Source: Candidatus Paracaedimonas acanthamoebae
GTDB taxonomy: Bacteria; Pseudomonadota; Alphaproteobacteria; Caedimonadales; Caedimonadaceae
NCBI GenBank assembly: GCA_000743035.1
Contig: CP008936.1
Location: forward strand, 150,001-182,000
Reading direction: 5' to 3'
DNA: 32,000 nucleotides
Both the position numbers and the translations under genes were made by a program. Below, piece by piece: positions 1 to 8,317 of this stretch (position 1 is its first letter; each line of letters begins with the position of its first letter). The notes below the pieces were generated by a model. That model ran no database searches and was not told the DNA's origin. It saw nothing but the letters and a program-made list of their open reading frames with translations.

Positions 1-1095
1 AAAAAGACACTTGTTGAGCTCGTTAGCGAGATTCGGTTTAATCCTCTTCGCATTGATCAACTTGTTGATCAACTTTATACTTTAAATCGAAAACTTATGG
101 GGCTTGAGGGTAAGATTCTGCGTTATGCAACAGAATCTGGGATCCAAAGAGAGAAATTTTTAACCGTTTATTTTGGTCGTGAACTTGACCCTGATTGGCT
201 ATCTTCAATAAAAGAGTTTGGGAAATCTGGGGATAAGTTTATTACAAAATATGGCCAAGAAGTGCAGCATATCCGTGATAGTGTTGCTGAAATTTCTGTT
301 GAGTCTGGGCTTAATATTGCTGAATTTAGGCGTATTGTCGCAGATGTTCAAAAAGGGGATCGCCAGGCCCGACGTGCTAAGAAAGAAATGATTGAGGCTA
401 ATTTACGCCTTGTTATTTCAATCGCAAAAAAATATACCAACCGGGGATTGCAATTCTTGGATTTAATTCAGGAAGGGAATATTGGGCTCATGAAAGCCGT
501 GGACAAGTTTGAATATCGTCGTGGGTATAAGTTCTCAACTTATGCGACATGGTGGATTCGCCAGGCTATTACGCGCTCAATTGCAGATCAAGCCCGCACG
601 ATTCGTATCCCCGTCCATATGATTGAGACGATTAATAAGCTTGTGCGGACGTCGCGCCAGATGTTACATGAGATTGGTCGTGAGCCAACACCGGAAGAGC
701 TTGCAGAAAAACTCATGATGCCAGTTGATAAAGTGCGCAAGGTCATGAAGATCGCTAAAGAACCTATCAGCCTTGAAACGCCAATTGGTGACGAAGAAGA
801 TGGAAGTTTGGGCGATTTTATTGAAGACAAAAATGCTATTCTTCCTATGGATGCGGCAGTAAATGCAAACCTAAGGGAAACAACAACGCGCGTTCTGTCA
901 ACTCTGACACCTCGTGAAGAGCGTGTTTTAAGGATGCGTTTTGGGATTGGAATGAATACTGATCATACCCTTGAAGAAGTTGGGCAGCAGTTCTCTGTGA
1001 CGCGTGAACGTATTCGACAAATTGAAGCAAAAGCACTTCGGAAGTTAAAACACCCGAGTCGCTCGAGAAAGTTAAGAAGTTTCTTAGACTCTTAA
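1..1095 (+). CDS. rpoD: RNA polymerase sigma factor RpoD (sigma-70), 5' end outside the window
   Basis: The frame is open from nt 1, with no stop before the Met at 97, so the gene starts upstream of the window. Sigma-70 region 2-4 hallmarks are present: [61 protein letters not shown] and [27 protein letters not shown]. Confidence 0.97.
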   Translation, partial: KKTLVELVSEIRFNPLRIDQLVDQLYTLNRKLMGLEGKILRYATESGIQREKFLTVYFGRELDPDWLSSIKEFGKSGDKFITKYGQEVQHIRDSVAEISVESGLNIAEFRRIVADVQKGDRQARRAKKEMIEANLRLVISIAKKYTNRGLQFLDLIQEGNIGLMKAVDKFEYRRGYKFSTYATWWIRQAITRSIADQARTIRIPVHMIETINKLVRTSRQMLHEIGREPTPEELAEKLMMPVDKVRKVMKIAKEPISLETPIGDEEDGSLGDFIEDKNAILPMDAAVNANLRETTTRVLSTLTPREERVLRMRFGIGMNTDHTLEEVGQQFSVTRERIRQIEAKALRKLKHPSRSRKLRSFLDS

Positions 1096-1120
1096 AGAGA
1101 AGACTAAATTTATTCATAGT

Positions 1121-1158
1121 GGAAAGGCTTTGACGAAAAGCTTTTCCATTTTTTTTTA
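1121..1158 (+). terminator. Rho-independent terminator after rpoD
   Basis: ggaaaggctt (1121-1130) pairs with aagcttttcc (1138-1147) to give a 10-bp stem with one G-U pair. A run of 9 T follows, 26 nt after the rpoD stop. Confidence 0.8.
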
Positions 1159-1223
1159 TGGTTAGGTCGTTTTAGGGCTTTTAAATAATTGCAAAAACTT
1201 AAGAAGAAAATTGAGTAATGAGC

Positions 1224-1256
1224 ATTAAAAATGCCACTGGCTAAAGAGACAGTGGC
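1224..1256 (-). terminator. Hairpin terminator for the small minus-strand gene
   Basis: gccactg (1233-1239) pairs with cagtggc (1250-1256) around a 10-nt loop. On the minus strand the stem is followed by ATTTTTAAT. It lies 23 nt downstream of the stop at 1279-1281. Confidence 0.6.
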
Positions 1257-1278
1257 TTGTTAAGAAAAGCTAAAAAGC

Positions 1279-1428
1279 TTAATTTGCAGCTTCAGCTGGT
1301 TGTTCAGCAACAGCAGCAGCGTCAGCTTGAGCTTCAGCAGCTGGAGCTTGAGCAGCATCAGCAGCTTTTTCTTCAGCGATAGCAGCAGTTGAAAAAGCAA
1401 CGAGAGCAGCTAAAAGAATATTCTTCAT
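1279..1428 (-). CDS. Small secreted Ala/Glu/Gln-rich peptide (49 aa), absent from the ORF track
   Basis: Hand translation of the minus strand gives MKNILLAALVAFSTAAIAEEKAADAAQAPAAEAQADAAAVAEQPAEAAN*. GGAG lies about 10 nt upstream of the ATG. The N-terminus looks like a signal peptide with an AIA-EE cleavage-like site. A hairpin plus T-tract lies downstream. Confidence 0.6.
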   Translation of the reverse strand: MKNILLAALVAFSTAAIAEEKAADAAQAPAAEAQADAAAVAEQPAEAAN

Positions 1429-1615
1429 GTTTTTCACTCCATAACATTAAATATAACATAACACTTTGTCATGCAGCATGCATATTCTATGAAAAATAAT
1501 TGAAAAGCAAGGACAATTTATTGGAACTAGTTAATTGTTGTATTTTTGAAGTTGTTGTGTGCTAACTGTTTGTATTTTCTTGCTATTATGAGGCCAATAT
1601 GATGAATTTTAGAAG

Positions 1616-2866
1616 ATGATGACGAAAAAAACAACAATATTAAAGCTGGATGAGAGAGGGTATGGTTTTGCGCAGGATGAAAATAATAATTCTCTGATCA
1701 TTCCTTATAGTTTACCAGGGGAAAAGGTAGAAATTGAAAAAAACCAGGATCATTGGCACCTCAAAAAGCTCATACAGTCGAGTCCTCATAGAATAACGCC
1801 CCCTTGTCCTTATTATGAAGCTTGTGGAGGGTGTGTTTTACAGCATATGTCGCCTGTCGCGTATACTGAGTATAAAATGCGGCGTCTTTCTCAAGCCTTA
1901 GAGCGTTATGGGCTTAGAGAAGTCTCTATGGATCCTATTGTAGTTTTAGGGCCTCACTTGCGAAGGCGGGCTATTTTCCATGCTTTGCGTACCGCTACTG
2001 AAACATTGATTGGCTACTATCAGCTAGGATCTCATCATTTGGTAGATATTGCTCATTGTCTCTTATTGCGGTTTGATATTAACGACCTTATTATTCCTTT
2101 AAAACAGCTTTTAGGGCAAATTTTAAAGCCCAAAGAAAAAGCAGATATTTTATTAACATCGACAAAAACTGGCATAGATTTTTTATTAAAAATTAAAGGA
2201 AATAAAGCCATTGACCTGTCAGATATTGAAGGTTTAAAGACTTTTGCTTATGACAACAATTTAGCTCGTCTTTCATTTGCAAATGATCAGGAAGAATGGC
2301 CTATTATAACACTGAAATCGCCTCAAATTGAATTCGATTCTTGTGGTGTTGAGGCGTCTGCAGATGGTTTCTTGCAAACAAGTACTGGAGCTGATCAAAT
2401 TTTGTCTTCTCTTGTGGTAAAAGAATTACCAGCTACGCACAAAAGGATTGCCGATCTTTTTTGTGGGCGAGGGACGTTCTCGATTCCCTTGTCAAAGGTG
2501 GGGAGAGTGGATGCTTATGAAATGGATGGTAAAGCTTTAAAGGCTCTCACCCAAGCGGCTAAATTACATAATTTATCCTTACAAACCTATACGCGAAATT
2601 TATTTTCTGATCCCCTGACACCTGACCAGCTTGAACCTTACCAAACCGTTGTCTTGAATCCTCCTCGTCAAGGAGCCGCGGCCCAATCAAAAATTCTGGC
2701 ACAAAGTAAAGTTTCTCATATTGTTATGGTATCATGTAATCCAGACTCATTTGCGCGTGATGCGGCTCTATTGCAGAAAGGAGGCTATCACCTTAAAAAA
2801 CTCAGTCCTCTTGATCAATTCTTGTGGTCTCCTCATGTGGAAATCGTTGCTCATCTTATACGGTGA
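1616..2866 (+). CDS. RumA/TrmA-family (uracil-5) RNA methyltransferase with an Fe-S cluster
   Basis: TRAM-like N-terminus. Cys cluster CPYYEACGGC plus a later IAHC. SAM-binding motif DLFCGRGTFS. NPPRQG motif. Catalytic-Cys motif VSCNPDSFARD. Confidence 0.88.
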   Translation: MMTKKTTILKLDERGYGFAQDENNNSLIIPYSLPGEKVEIEKNQDHWHLKKLIQSSPHRITPPCPYYEACGGCVLQHMSPVAYTEYKMRRLSQALERYGLREVSMDPIVVLGPHLRRRAIFHALRTATETLIGYYQLGSHHLVDIAHCLLLRFDINDLIIPLKQLLGQILKPKEKADILLTSTKTGIDFLLKIKGNKAIDLSDIEGLKTFAYDNNLARLSFANDQEEWPIITLKSPQIEFDSCGVEASADGFLQTSTGADQILSSLVVKELPATHKRIADLFCGRGTFSIPLSKVGRVDAYEMDGKALKALTQAAKLHNLSLQTYTRNLFSDPLTPDQLEPYQTVVLNPPRQGAAAQSKILAQSKVSHIVMVSCNPDSFARDAALLQKGGYHLKKLSPLDQFLWSPHVEIVAHLIR

Positions 2867-2932
2867 GAAAGCGCTTGCATCCTTTTGAGAGGAGCGTTAT
2901 TTTGTGCCTATTCCATTCCAAAGGAGATAACG

Positions 2933-3220
2933 ATGACAACATTTGGCGGTGTTTCTGGCGCTCATTTAAAGCAATTTATTGAACGGGTTGAGCGTTTAGA
3001 GGAAGACAAAGCAAATATTGCGAATGATATTCGCGAAGTTTTTGCTGAAGCAAAAGCGAATGGCTTTGATACAAAGATCATGCGCCAAGTGTTAAAGATT
3101 CGAAAAATGGATCATCAAGAACGCTCTGAGCAAGAAGAAATTTTGACACTTTACCTCCATGCATTAGGCATGGTTCCACGCGACGACACTGTTGAAGAAG
3201 CAAAAAGTAAAGCTATTTAA
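2933..3220 (+). CDS. gapR: GapR-like DUF2312 (UPF0335) DNA-binding protein
   Basis: MTTFGGVSGAHLKQFIERVERLEEDKANIANDIREVFAEAKANGFDTKIMRQVLKIRKMDHQERSEQEEILTLYLHALGM matches the conserved alphaproteobacterial DUF2312 pattern. The ATG at 2933 has AAGGAG 6 nt upstream. The track's TTG at 2885 is probably an over-extension. Confidence 0.88.
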   Translation: MTTFGGVSGAHLKQFIERVERLEEDKANIANDIREVFAEAKANGFDTKIMRQVLKIRKMDHQERSEQEEILTLYLHALGMVPRDDTVEEAKSKAI

Positions 3221-3396
3221 GGAATTTATTTAAGAGATTTAAAAAAGATCTTTTTACCTTCCTTTCTCGTTTGCAAATAAATAGATTTCTAAAAATTAAA
3301 AACGCATTTAGTCAGCTTTTTTGTTGCAATTTTATTTGAAATTTGTTACTATTTATATAAAGCGATTAGAAAGAGCGAATTGCAAAATATGATTGA

Positions 3397-3663
3397 TTAA
3401 GTTACTGTTTTTATGTGCTTTTTCAATTTTTCCAAAATCGTTGTTTTAAGCTCGATAGGGGGCTTTTGATTCAAATTAAGCCATGAAAAGATGGCATCAT
3501 CGTCGTGTTGTAGGATGAAATTCAGCTCAATGAGCTCGTTTTCATCTAGAAATGTGCCGTGAGCATCAACAAACCCGCCTAAGAGAAAATCAGCTTCCTT
3601 ACCGCCGCGATGTTTCGCGCGATAAAGAGCTTTTTTAAGAGATAAAAACAGAAAAGAGTTCAT
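3397..3663 (-). CDS. sdhE: Succinate dehydrogenase FAD assembly factor SdhE (DUF339)
   Basis: LKKALYRAKHRGGKEADFLLGGFV...ELIELNFILQHDDDAIFSWL carries the SdhE RGxxE/DxxL pattern. Starting at the internal Met at 3663 gives 88 aa, a typical size. The upstream 24 codons of the track ORF read through AT-rich promoter sequence. Confidence 0.8.
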   Translation of the reverse strand: MNSFLFLSLKKALYRAKHRGGKEADFLLGGFVDAHGTFLDENELIELNFILQHDDDAIFSWLNLNQKPPIELKTTILEKLKKHIKTVT

Positions 3664-3803
3664 AAGATAAATTTTAATAAGAAATAAAATAAATATTAAT
3701 GAGTTTTTAGTAAAAAAGGAATGAGGAAAATGCATTTTCCAATTAAGAAAATGTGTAATTTTAATAAGTTGTAAACTAAATTAGTTAAGGAAGGAGATTT
3801 GAG

Positions 3804-4380
3804 ATGAATGTAAAATATAAAATTTTAGGTCTACTTGTGGTTTTTTCATCAAGTGTGGCGTCAGATATTACATGAGATGAAACTAAGTCTACTACGACGA
3901 GAGTTTCTGCAGGAGTAGTAAGTGATGTAGTTAAAGAGGCGGCTGAATTTACGGCCACGTACCCTGCAGGAGTAATAAATTATAAAGATGAGAAAGCGCA
4001 CGGCACGTTTCAAGTAGCAGCTTTTAAAGTAAATAAGGAGTATGAGCTTACTCCAGAACAGTTTTCTAGCTGGGTATTTAGAGGTGAAGCTCCAAAGTGA
4101 GTTAGATCATTTATCTGTGGTTAAGTCTGATGCACCTGAGTCTGATGCGCTTCAGTTTATACGTTTTAATTGCTCTCAGTACCGCACTAGAATGCAAATG
4201 TCCTGGATGTCTAAGGATCAGCACCCAGATATTGAGTCTGTTGATGTTATAAATTTTAATGCTAGCACGAACCCAACAGATTTTAATATATGTAATTTTA
4301 ATCTGACATATCGCCTAAGAATGGGGCCAGAAGTTTTCGATGTGCTTTATGAAAATCCTAGTGCTCCAAAAATAAGATAA
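3804..4380 (+). pseudogene. Disrupted gene for a secreted protein of unknown family (in-frame TGA plus a frameshift)
   Basis: A strong SD (aaggaaggag) lies 8 nt before the ATG at 3804. The signal-peptide-like start MNVKYKILGLLVVFSSSVASDIT is cut by TGA at 3873-3875. The same frame stays open to a second TGA at 4098-4100. A different frame is open from 4042 to 4380, so the two frames overlap at 4042-4098. Confidence 0.45.
4042..4380 (+). CDS. Hypothetical protein; alternative reading is the longest intact fragment of the pseudogene above
   Basis: 112-aa ORF from the track with no recognisable motif. The only possible SD before its ATG is AAGGAG just 2 nt upstream, too close to serve. An 11-bp hairpin follows the stop. 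Confidence 0.3.
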   Translation: MSLLQNSFLAGYLEVKLQSELDHLSVVKSDAPESDALQFIRFNCSQYRTRMQMSWMSKDQHPDIESVDVINFNASTNPTDFNICNFNLTYRLRMGPEVFDVLYENPSAPKIR

Positions 4381-4402
4381 ATTCTTTGGCTATCGAATAT
4401 AA

Positions 4403-4429
4403 ACTTCCTATCAGGTATTGATAGGAAGT
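4403..4429 (+). terminator. Perfect 11-bp stem / 5-nt loop hairpin downstream of the 4042..4380 ORF
   Basis: acttcctatca (4403-4413) and tgataggaagt (4419-4429) are exact reverse complements. No clear T-tract follows, so a terminator role is uncertain. Confidence 0.35.
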
Positions 4430-4639
4430 ATTGATATAGATGTCATAAGGGGTTATATAGCTCAAAAGAATTTCATTTGAAGTCAATGATTAATAAGAAA
4501 ATTAAGAGCTTAAAGTTAAATAAGTTCGCTGTTGATTATGGGTGATTCGTGTAGAGCATTCTATTTTCCTAACAATCATGATATAGTAGTTAAAAAATTT
4601 AAAAAAATGGCTTATTATTTCTCAGCTTAAATTATTGTT

Positions 4640-5323
4640 ATGGACAATATTAGAATGATAACAAGCATTGCCTTTAATGCCATGCGACAAGCAATGATTC
4701 AGGGGCAACTTTTGCCTCAGCATGTGACACACCCTAAAATTTTACAAAGCTTTAAGGTGCTTCTAAGAGAATCTTTCGTTCCTCAAGAGCAACAAAACGC
4801 GTGTTATGGGGATGTGCATATTTCTGTATCTGAAGATCGAATTATGCTTGCTCCGGTTGTTCTTGCGAGACTTATTCAAGAAGCTCATATTCTACCAAGC
4901 GAGAAGGTGCTTGCATTGGGATGTTCTACCGGTTATGCGGCAATAGTTCTAAGTTACCTCGCTAAGAAAGTCATTGCTGTTGAGTCCAGTTCAACTTATG
5001 TTAAGCAAATGAATGAAGCATTTGAAAGTTATGAAACGTTTAATGCTCATAGTTATTTAGGATCCTTGATGGAAGGTTATCTTGAGCATGCGCCTTATGA
5101 TGTTATTTTTATTGAGGGCGGTGTTGAAGAAATTCCAGGAGCGCTTTTTTCACAACTTGCGGAAGGTGGACGGATTGTGGCAATTTTATCAAAAGGAAAG
5201 CAACTGCCTTGCCAGGGGGCTATAATTGAGAAAAGGGACAACTCAATTCATACAAATGTACTTTTTGAAACCAGCGCGCCTATTTTAAAAGAATTTCAAC
5301 GTGAAAAAGGATTTGAGTTTTAA
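4640..5323 (+). CDS. Protein-L-isoaspartate O-methyltransferase-like SAM methyltransferase
   Basis: Gly-rich SAM loop LGCSTGYAAIVLS. Also YDVIFIEGGVEEIP and GGRIV, as in the PIMT family. It sits directly upstream of tolC, an arrangement common in alphaproteobacteria. Confidence 0.8.
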   Translation: MDNIRMITSIAFNAMRQAMIQGQLLPQHVTHPKILQSFKVLLRESFVPQEQQNACYGDVHISVSEDRIMLAPVVLARLIQEAHILPSEKVLALGCSTGYAAIVLSYLAKKVIAVESSSTYVKQMNEAFESYETFNAHSYLGSLMEGYLEHAPYDVIFIEGGVEEIPGALFSQLAEGGRIVAILSKGKQLPCQGAIIEKRDNSIHTNVLFETSAPILKEFQREKGFEF

Positions 5324-5646
5324 TGGGGACGGTTGAAATTACAGTCCAAGAATTATCTCAGTTGCTCAAGACGGATGAGGATTATTGTGTGATCGATGTG
5401 CGAAATGCAGATGAAATCGAGAAAGCAGCTTTTCCTGAAGCCGTCCATATCCCTTTATCAGAGCTTGCTCAAAATGTTGCAAATATACCACAAGATAAAC
5501 TTGTTATTACACTTTGCCATCATGGGGCTCGAAGTTTGAATGCATGCTATTTACTAAAAGAGAAGGGATTTGATAAGGTCGTCAGTCTTAGAGGAGGGAT
5601 TGATCTCTGGTCTAAGATAATAGATCCTTCAATTCCTCGTTATTAA
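5323..5646 (+). CDS. Single-domain rhodanese (sulfurtransferase)
   Basis: 107 aa with the active-site loop CHHGARS (CxxGxR[S/T]). The start overlaps the upstream stop as TAATG. Confidence 0.85.
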   Translation: MGTVEITVQELSQLLKTDEDYCVIDVRNADEIEKAAFPEAVHIPLSELAQNVANIPQDKLVITLCHHGARSLNACYLLKEKGFDKVVSLRGGIDLWSKIIDPSIPRY

Positions 5647-5665
5647 TGAAAGTGATGGTTGGAAA

Positions 5666-7207
5666 ATGAGAAATACACTCTTTGCTTTAAGTCTTGGTTG
5701 TAGCTTGGGAATCGTTGACTTTGTAGAAGCTAAAACTTCTTCTGCTAAGAAATCACAATCTGCCACCTCAAAGGTAGGGACCACAAAACTTCTGAAAGAG
5801 AAAACACATCAAAGGTCTAGAGCGGAGAGCATGAGTGCTGAGCATCCCTTTATGCAAGCTTTAATGCAGGCTTACACCACAAATCCAGAACTTAAAGCTA
5901 AAGTTAAAGAGCAGAATGCGCTTGCGGAAGAACTTCCAAAAGCTTATGCAGGATGGCGCCCAAAGATTAGTGGTATAGCAACGGCTGGCTATAGCAAGGA
6001 AATCGACCAAGTAAGTCGGAATAGCGTTACAGGGCTTTCGCAAGGGAAAACCACCATCACAACGTATCCTAAAACAGCGGGCATTGAGGTGCGGCAAAAT
6101 ATCTTTGAAGGCGGAAAAACGTTAGCCAATACAACCGCTGCTGAAAATCAAATTTTATCGGGAAATGCAGACTTTTTGTTCGTTGAGCAGCGTGTTTTAA
6201 CAAGTGCTATTAATGCTTATTTAGATGTATGGTCTAAGCGCCAAGAATTAGAGATTTACAGAACAAGTGTGCGGTATTTTGAATTCAGTGTTGAACAAAC
6301 AAAAGCAAGAGCTGATGTTGGTGAAGTTGGCCTGACTGAAGTTGCTGAAGCAGAGTTTTTTTATGAAGAAGCTTTGGTTGATTTTATTGCAGCTGAAAAA
6401 GCCGTCCAAGATGCTACGGCAGTTTATATGAGTGTCGTTGGTCATCAGCCACCTAAAGAGGTGGTCTTGCCTCCTGATATCGGTAATAGAGTGACCCTTC
6501 CTATAACTTTAGAAGATCTAAAAAATATTTCAGTTAAAGAAAATCCAGGCCTTCAAAAAGTTATTTTTGCTGCTAAAGTGGCTGATGCAGACATTGATAT
6601 TGCCACAGCTGACTTGATGCCAAAAGTTGATCTTGTTGGAGATAGTAGTCGTAACTTAAGTACACGCTATAGAGGGAGCCGTATAAATGACATTTCTGCA
6701 AAGGTTGAAGTGAGAGTTCCTATTTATCAGGGCGGAACAGAGTGGGCTGCTGTACGGGCTTCTCATCAAACAGCAGCACAAAGAGCCTTTGAAGTTAGAA
6801 CGGTACGTAACCAAGTAATAGAAGCTGCAATCCAAGCATGGGAAACGAGGCATGCCTCAAAAGGAAGGCTTAAAAGGCTCGAGGCACAAATTAAAGCAGG
6901 TGAGACCCGTGTTGAAGGGACTCGTCAAGAGTCATTGGTGGGTGAGAGAACCCTTTTAGATGTTTTAAAGACACAAAAAGATGTTATTGGCGCCAGAATT
7001 AATTTAGTGCGTGCAACCCGTGATTTCTTATCTTCAGGCTATGAGATTCTAGCCGTGATGGGCCACTTATCTACGGCTCTTCTTAAGCTTCCAGTACAAA
7101 AGTATGATGTTGCGGGGTATGCTAAAGAGACAAGTGGTCGATATATTGGATGGGGTGATGTTCCAAGCCGAGAGGAAATTAAAGATGCCACAGGCTCAAA
7201 TCGATAA
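5666..7207 (+). CDS. tolC: TolC-family outer-membrane efflux protein
   Basis: Signal peptide MRNTLFALSLGCSLGIVDFVEA. 513 aa with two repeated coiled-coil/beta halves typical of the OEP family, for example GERTLLDVLKTQKDVIGARINLVRATRDFLSSGYEILAVMGHL. Confidence 0.9.
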   Translation: MRNTLFALSLGCSLGIVDFVEAKTSSAKKSQSATSKVGTTKLLKEKTHQRSRAESMSAEHPFMQALMQAYTTNPELKAKVKEQNALAEELPKAYAGWRPKISGIATAGYSKEIDQVSRNSVTGLSQGKTTITTYPKTAGIEVRQNIFEGGKTLANTTAAENQILSGNADFLFVEQRVLTSAINAYLDVWSKRQELEIYRTSVRYFEFSVEQTKARADVGEVGLTEVAEAEFFYEEALVDFIAAEKAVQDATAVYMSVVGHQPPKEVVLPPDIGNRVTLPITLEDLKNISVKENPGLQKVIFAAKVADADIDIATADLMPKVDLVGDSSRNLSTRYRGSRINDISAKVEVRVPIYQGGTEWAAVRASHQTAAQRAFEVRTVRNQVIEAAIQAWETRHASKGRLKRLEAQIKAGETRVEGTRQESLVGERTLLDVLKTQKDVIGARINLVRATRDFLSSGYEILAVMGHLSTALLKLPVQKYDVAGYAKETSGRYIGWGDVPSREEIKDATGSNR

Positions 7208-7730
7208 GGATATGGAAGAAATTCTTTCTTCCATACGTCAAATTATTGCGGAAGATGTGGAAGAAAATGCTAAAATCAAGAAACCAAAATTTTCTTTTAC
7301 TTCTTCTTCACAAAATGAAGCAGTAAAAAGGGAATCGATAGAAGATGAGGAGGATATTCTGGAATTAACAAATATGCTTCCAGAAGATGTCTATAAAGGC
7401 CCTTTAGAGAAAGGAATGGAACAGACTGAAGCTGTTGAACAAAAGTTATCAGTTGCAATGGAGCGCGCTTTCTCGACAGATCCTCGAGCCACAACTGAAT
7501 CTGAAACTCTTATTTCTCCAAAAGTTGCTCATGAGGTTTCAAAAGTTGTTGAAGATCTCTCTCAATTTATAAATCAATCTGGGGCACAAAAAGAAACTCT
7601 TAACTCTACTATGAAAGATATAGTGCAAGAATCTTTGCAACCTCTTTTACGTACATGGCTTGATCAAAATCTTTCAAAGCTTGTTAAAGAGGTTGTTGTT
7701 GAACAAATTGAAAAAATCCTTAAGAAATAA
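7185..7730 (+). CDS. DUF2497 / PopZ-like protein
   Basis: N-terminal block MEEILSSIRQIIAED. Acidic low-complexity linker. C-terminal block LQPLLRTWLDQNLSKLVKEVVVEQIEKIL. Both blocks match the conserved PopZ/DUF2497 termini. The likely start is ATG 7185 (GAGAGGA upstream), or possibly 7212. The first 27 codons of the track ORF lie inside tolC. Confidence 0.8.
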   Translation: MPQAQIDKDMEEILSSIRQIIAEDVEENAKIKKPKFSFTSSSQNEAVKRESIEDEEDILELTNMLPEDVYKGPLEKGMEQTEAVEQKLSVAMERAFSTDPRATTESETLISPKVAHEVSKVVEDLSQFINQSGAQKETLNSTMKDIVQESLQPLLRTWLDQNLSKLVKEVVVEQIEKILKK

Positions 7731-7849
7731 TACATAAAAGGTAATTAACATTTGTTACTTTGGTTGGTTATCCTAGTTTTATCGTGTATTCAGATAAAGC
7801 TCTTTTACTTGCGATAGGCTAAATTCTTAGATGTAATGAGCTTATATAA

Positions 7850-8317
7850 TTAATCTTGGGGATTATAAGTATGGCTAATAATTTTATTAAGAATTTCTTT
7901 TAATTGTTCTTGATCGGTCTCATCAACAGAACAAAAAAGATCACGATCAATAGATTCGACAATTGAAACAAGTTGGGTTGTTAACCTTTTTCCTTCAACT
8001 GTTAGACTGACAAGCTTAGCTCTGGTGTCCATTGGATGCTCTCGACGTTTGAGATATCCTTTCGAAGTTAGGGGCTTAAGGGCTTGAGAGATCGTCATCT
8101 TGTCCAGCTTTGAAAACTGCGCAAGAGTAGCTTGAGTTGGCGTTTGGTTGTTTTCTTCAAGCCACAATAAAATGGCCATGAGTGTAAATTGCGGGTGGGT
8201 TATCTCATAAGGCTCCAAGGATTTTTTGATAAGCTTCTGCCATAATGTTGTGACTTGCCACAGCAAAAGACCAGGGCTTTCTTTAGGCTTCTTAAAGAAA
8301 AAAGAAGAGTCAGTCAT
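7850..8317 (-). CDS. MarR-family transcriptional regulator
   Basis: Winged-helix pattern: ITHPQFTLMAILLWLEE...TQATLAQFSKLDKMTISQALKPLTSKGYLKRREHPMDTRAKLVSLTVEGK. ATG 8317 overlaps the upstream stop (ATGACTGA). Confidence 0.88.
   Translation of the reverse strand: MTDSSFFFKKPKESPGLLLWQVTTLWQKLIKKSLEPYEITHPQFTLMAILLWLEENNQTPTQATLAQFSKLDKMTISQALKPLTSKGYLKRREHPMDTRAKLVSLTVEGKRLTTQLVSIVESIDRDLFCSVDETDQEQLKEILNKIISHTYNPQD

Noticed and set aside
1284-1385. Plus-strand Gln/Leu-rich ORF (TTG start, LQLQLVVQQQQQRQLELQQLELEQHQQLFLQR) overlapping the small minus-strand gene
   Set aside because: It is the mirror image of a GCN/GAA-rich coding repeat. It has no ATG and no SD. The minus strand has an ATG, GGAG, a signal peptide and a terminator.
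3242-3255. 14-nt palindrome AAAAAGATCTTTTT downstream of gapR, considered as a terminator
   Set aside because: It is a loop-less A/T stem around a GATC core and would form a very weak hairpin. It is not distinguishable from chance in AT-rich spacer DNA.
3873-3875. In-frame TGA after the signal peptide, considered as Trp (code 4) or selenocysteine recoding
   Set aside because: Well-supported genes in the window terminate at TGA (for example 2864-2866, 25707-25709 and 28894-28896), so TGA is a stop here. I see no SECIS-like hairpin. The same gene also needs a frameshift further on, so decay is the simpler explanation.
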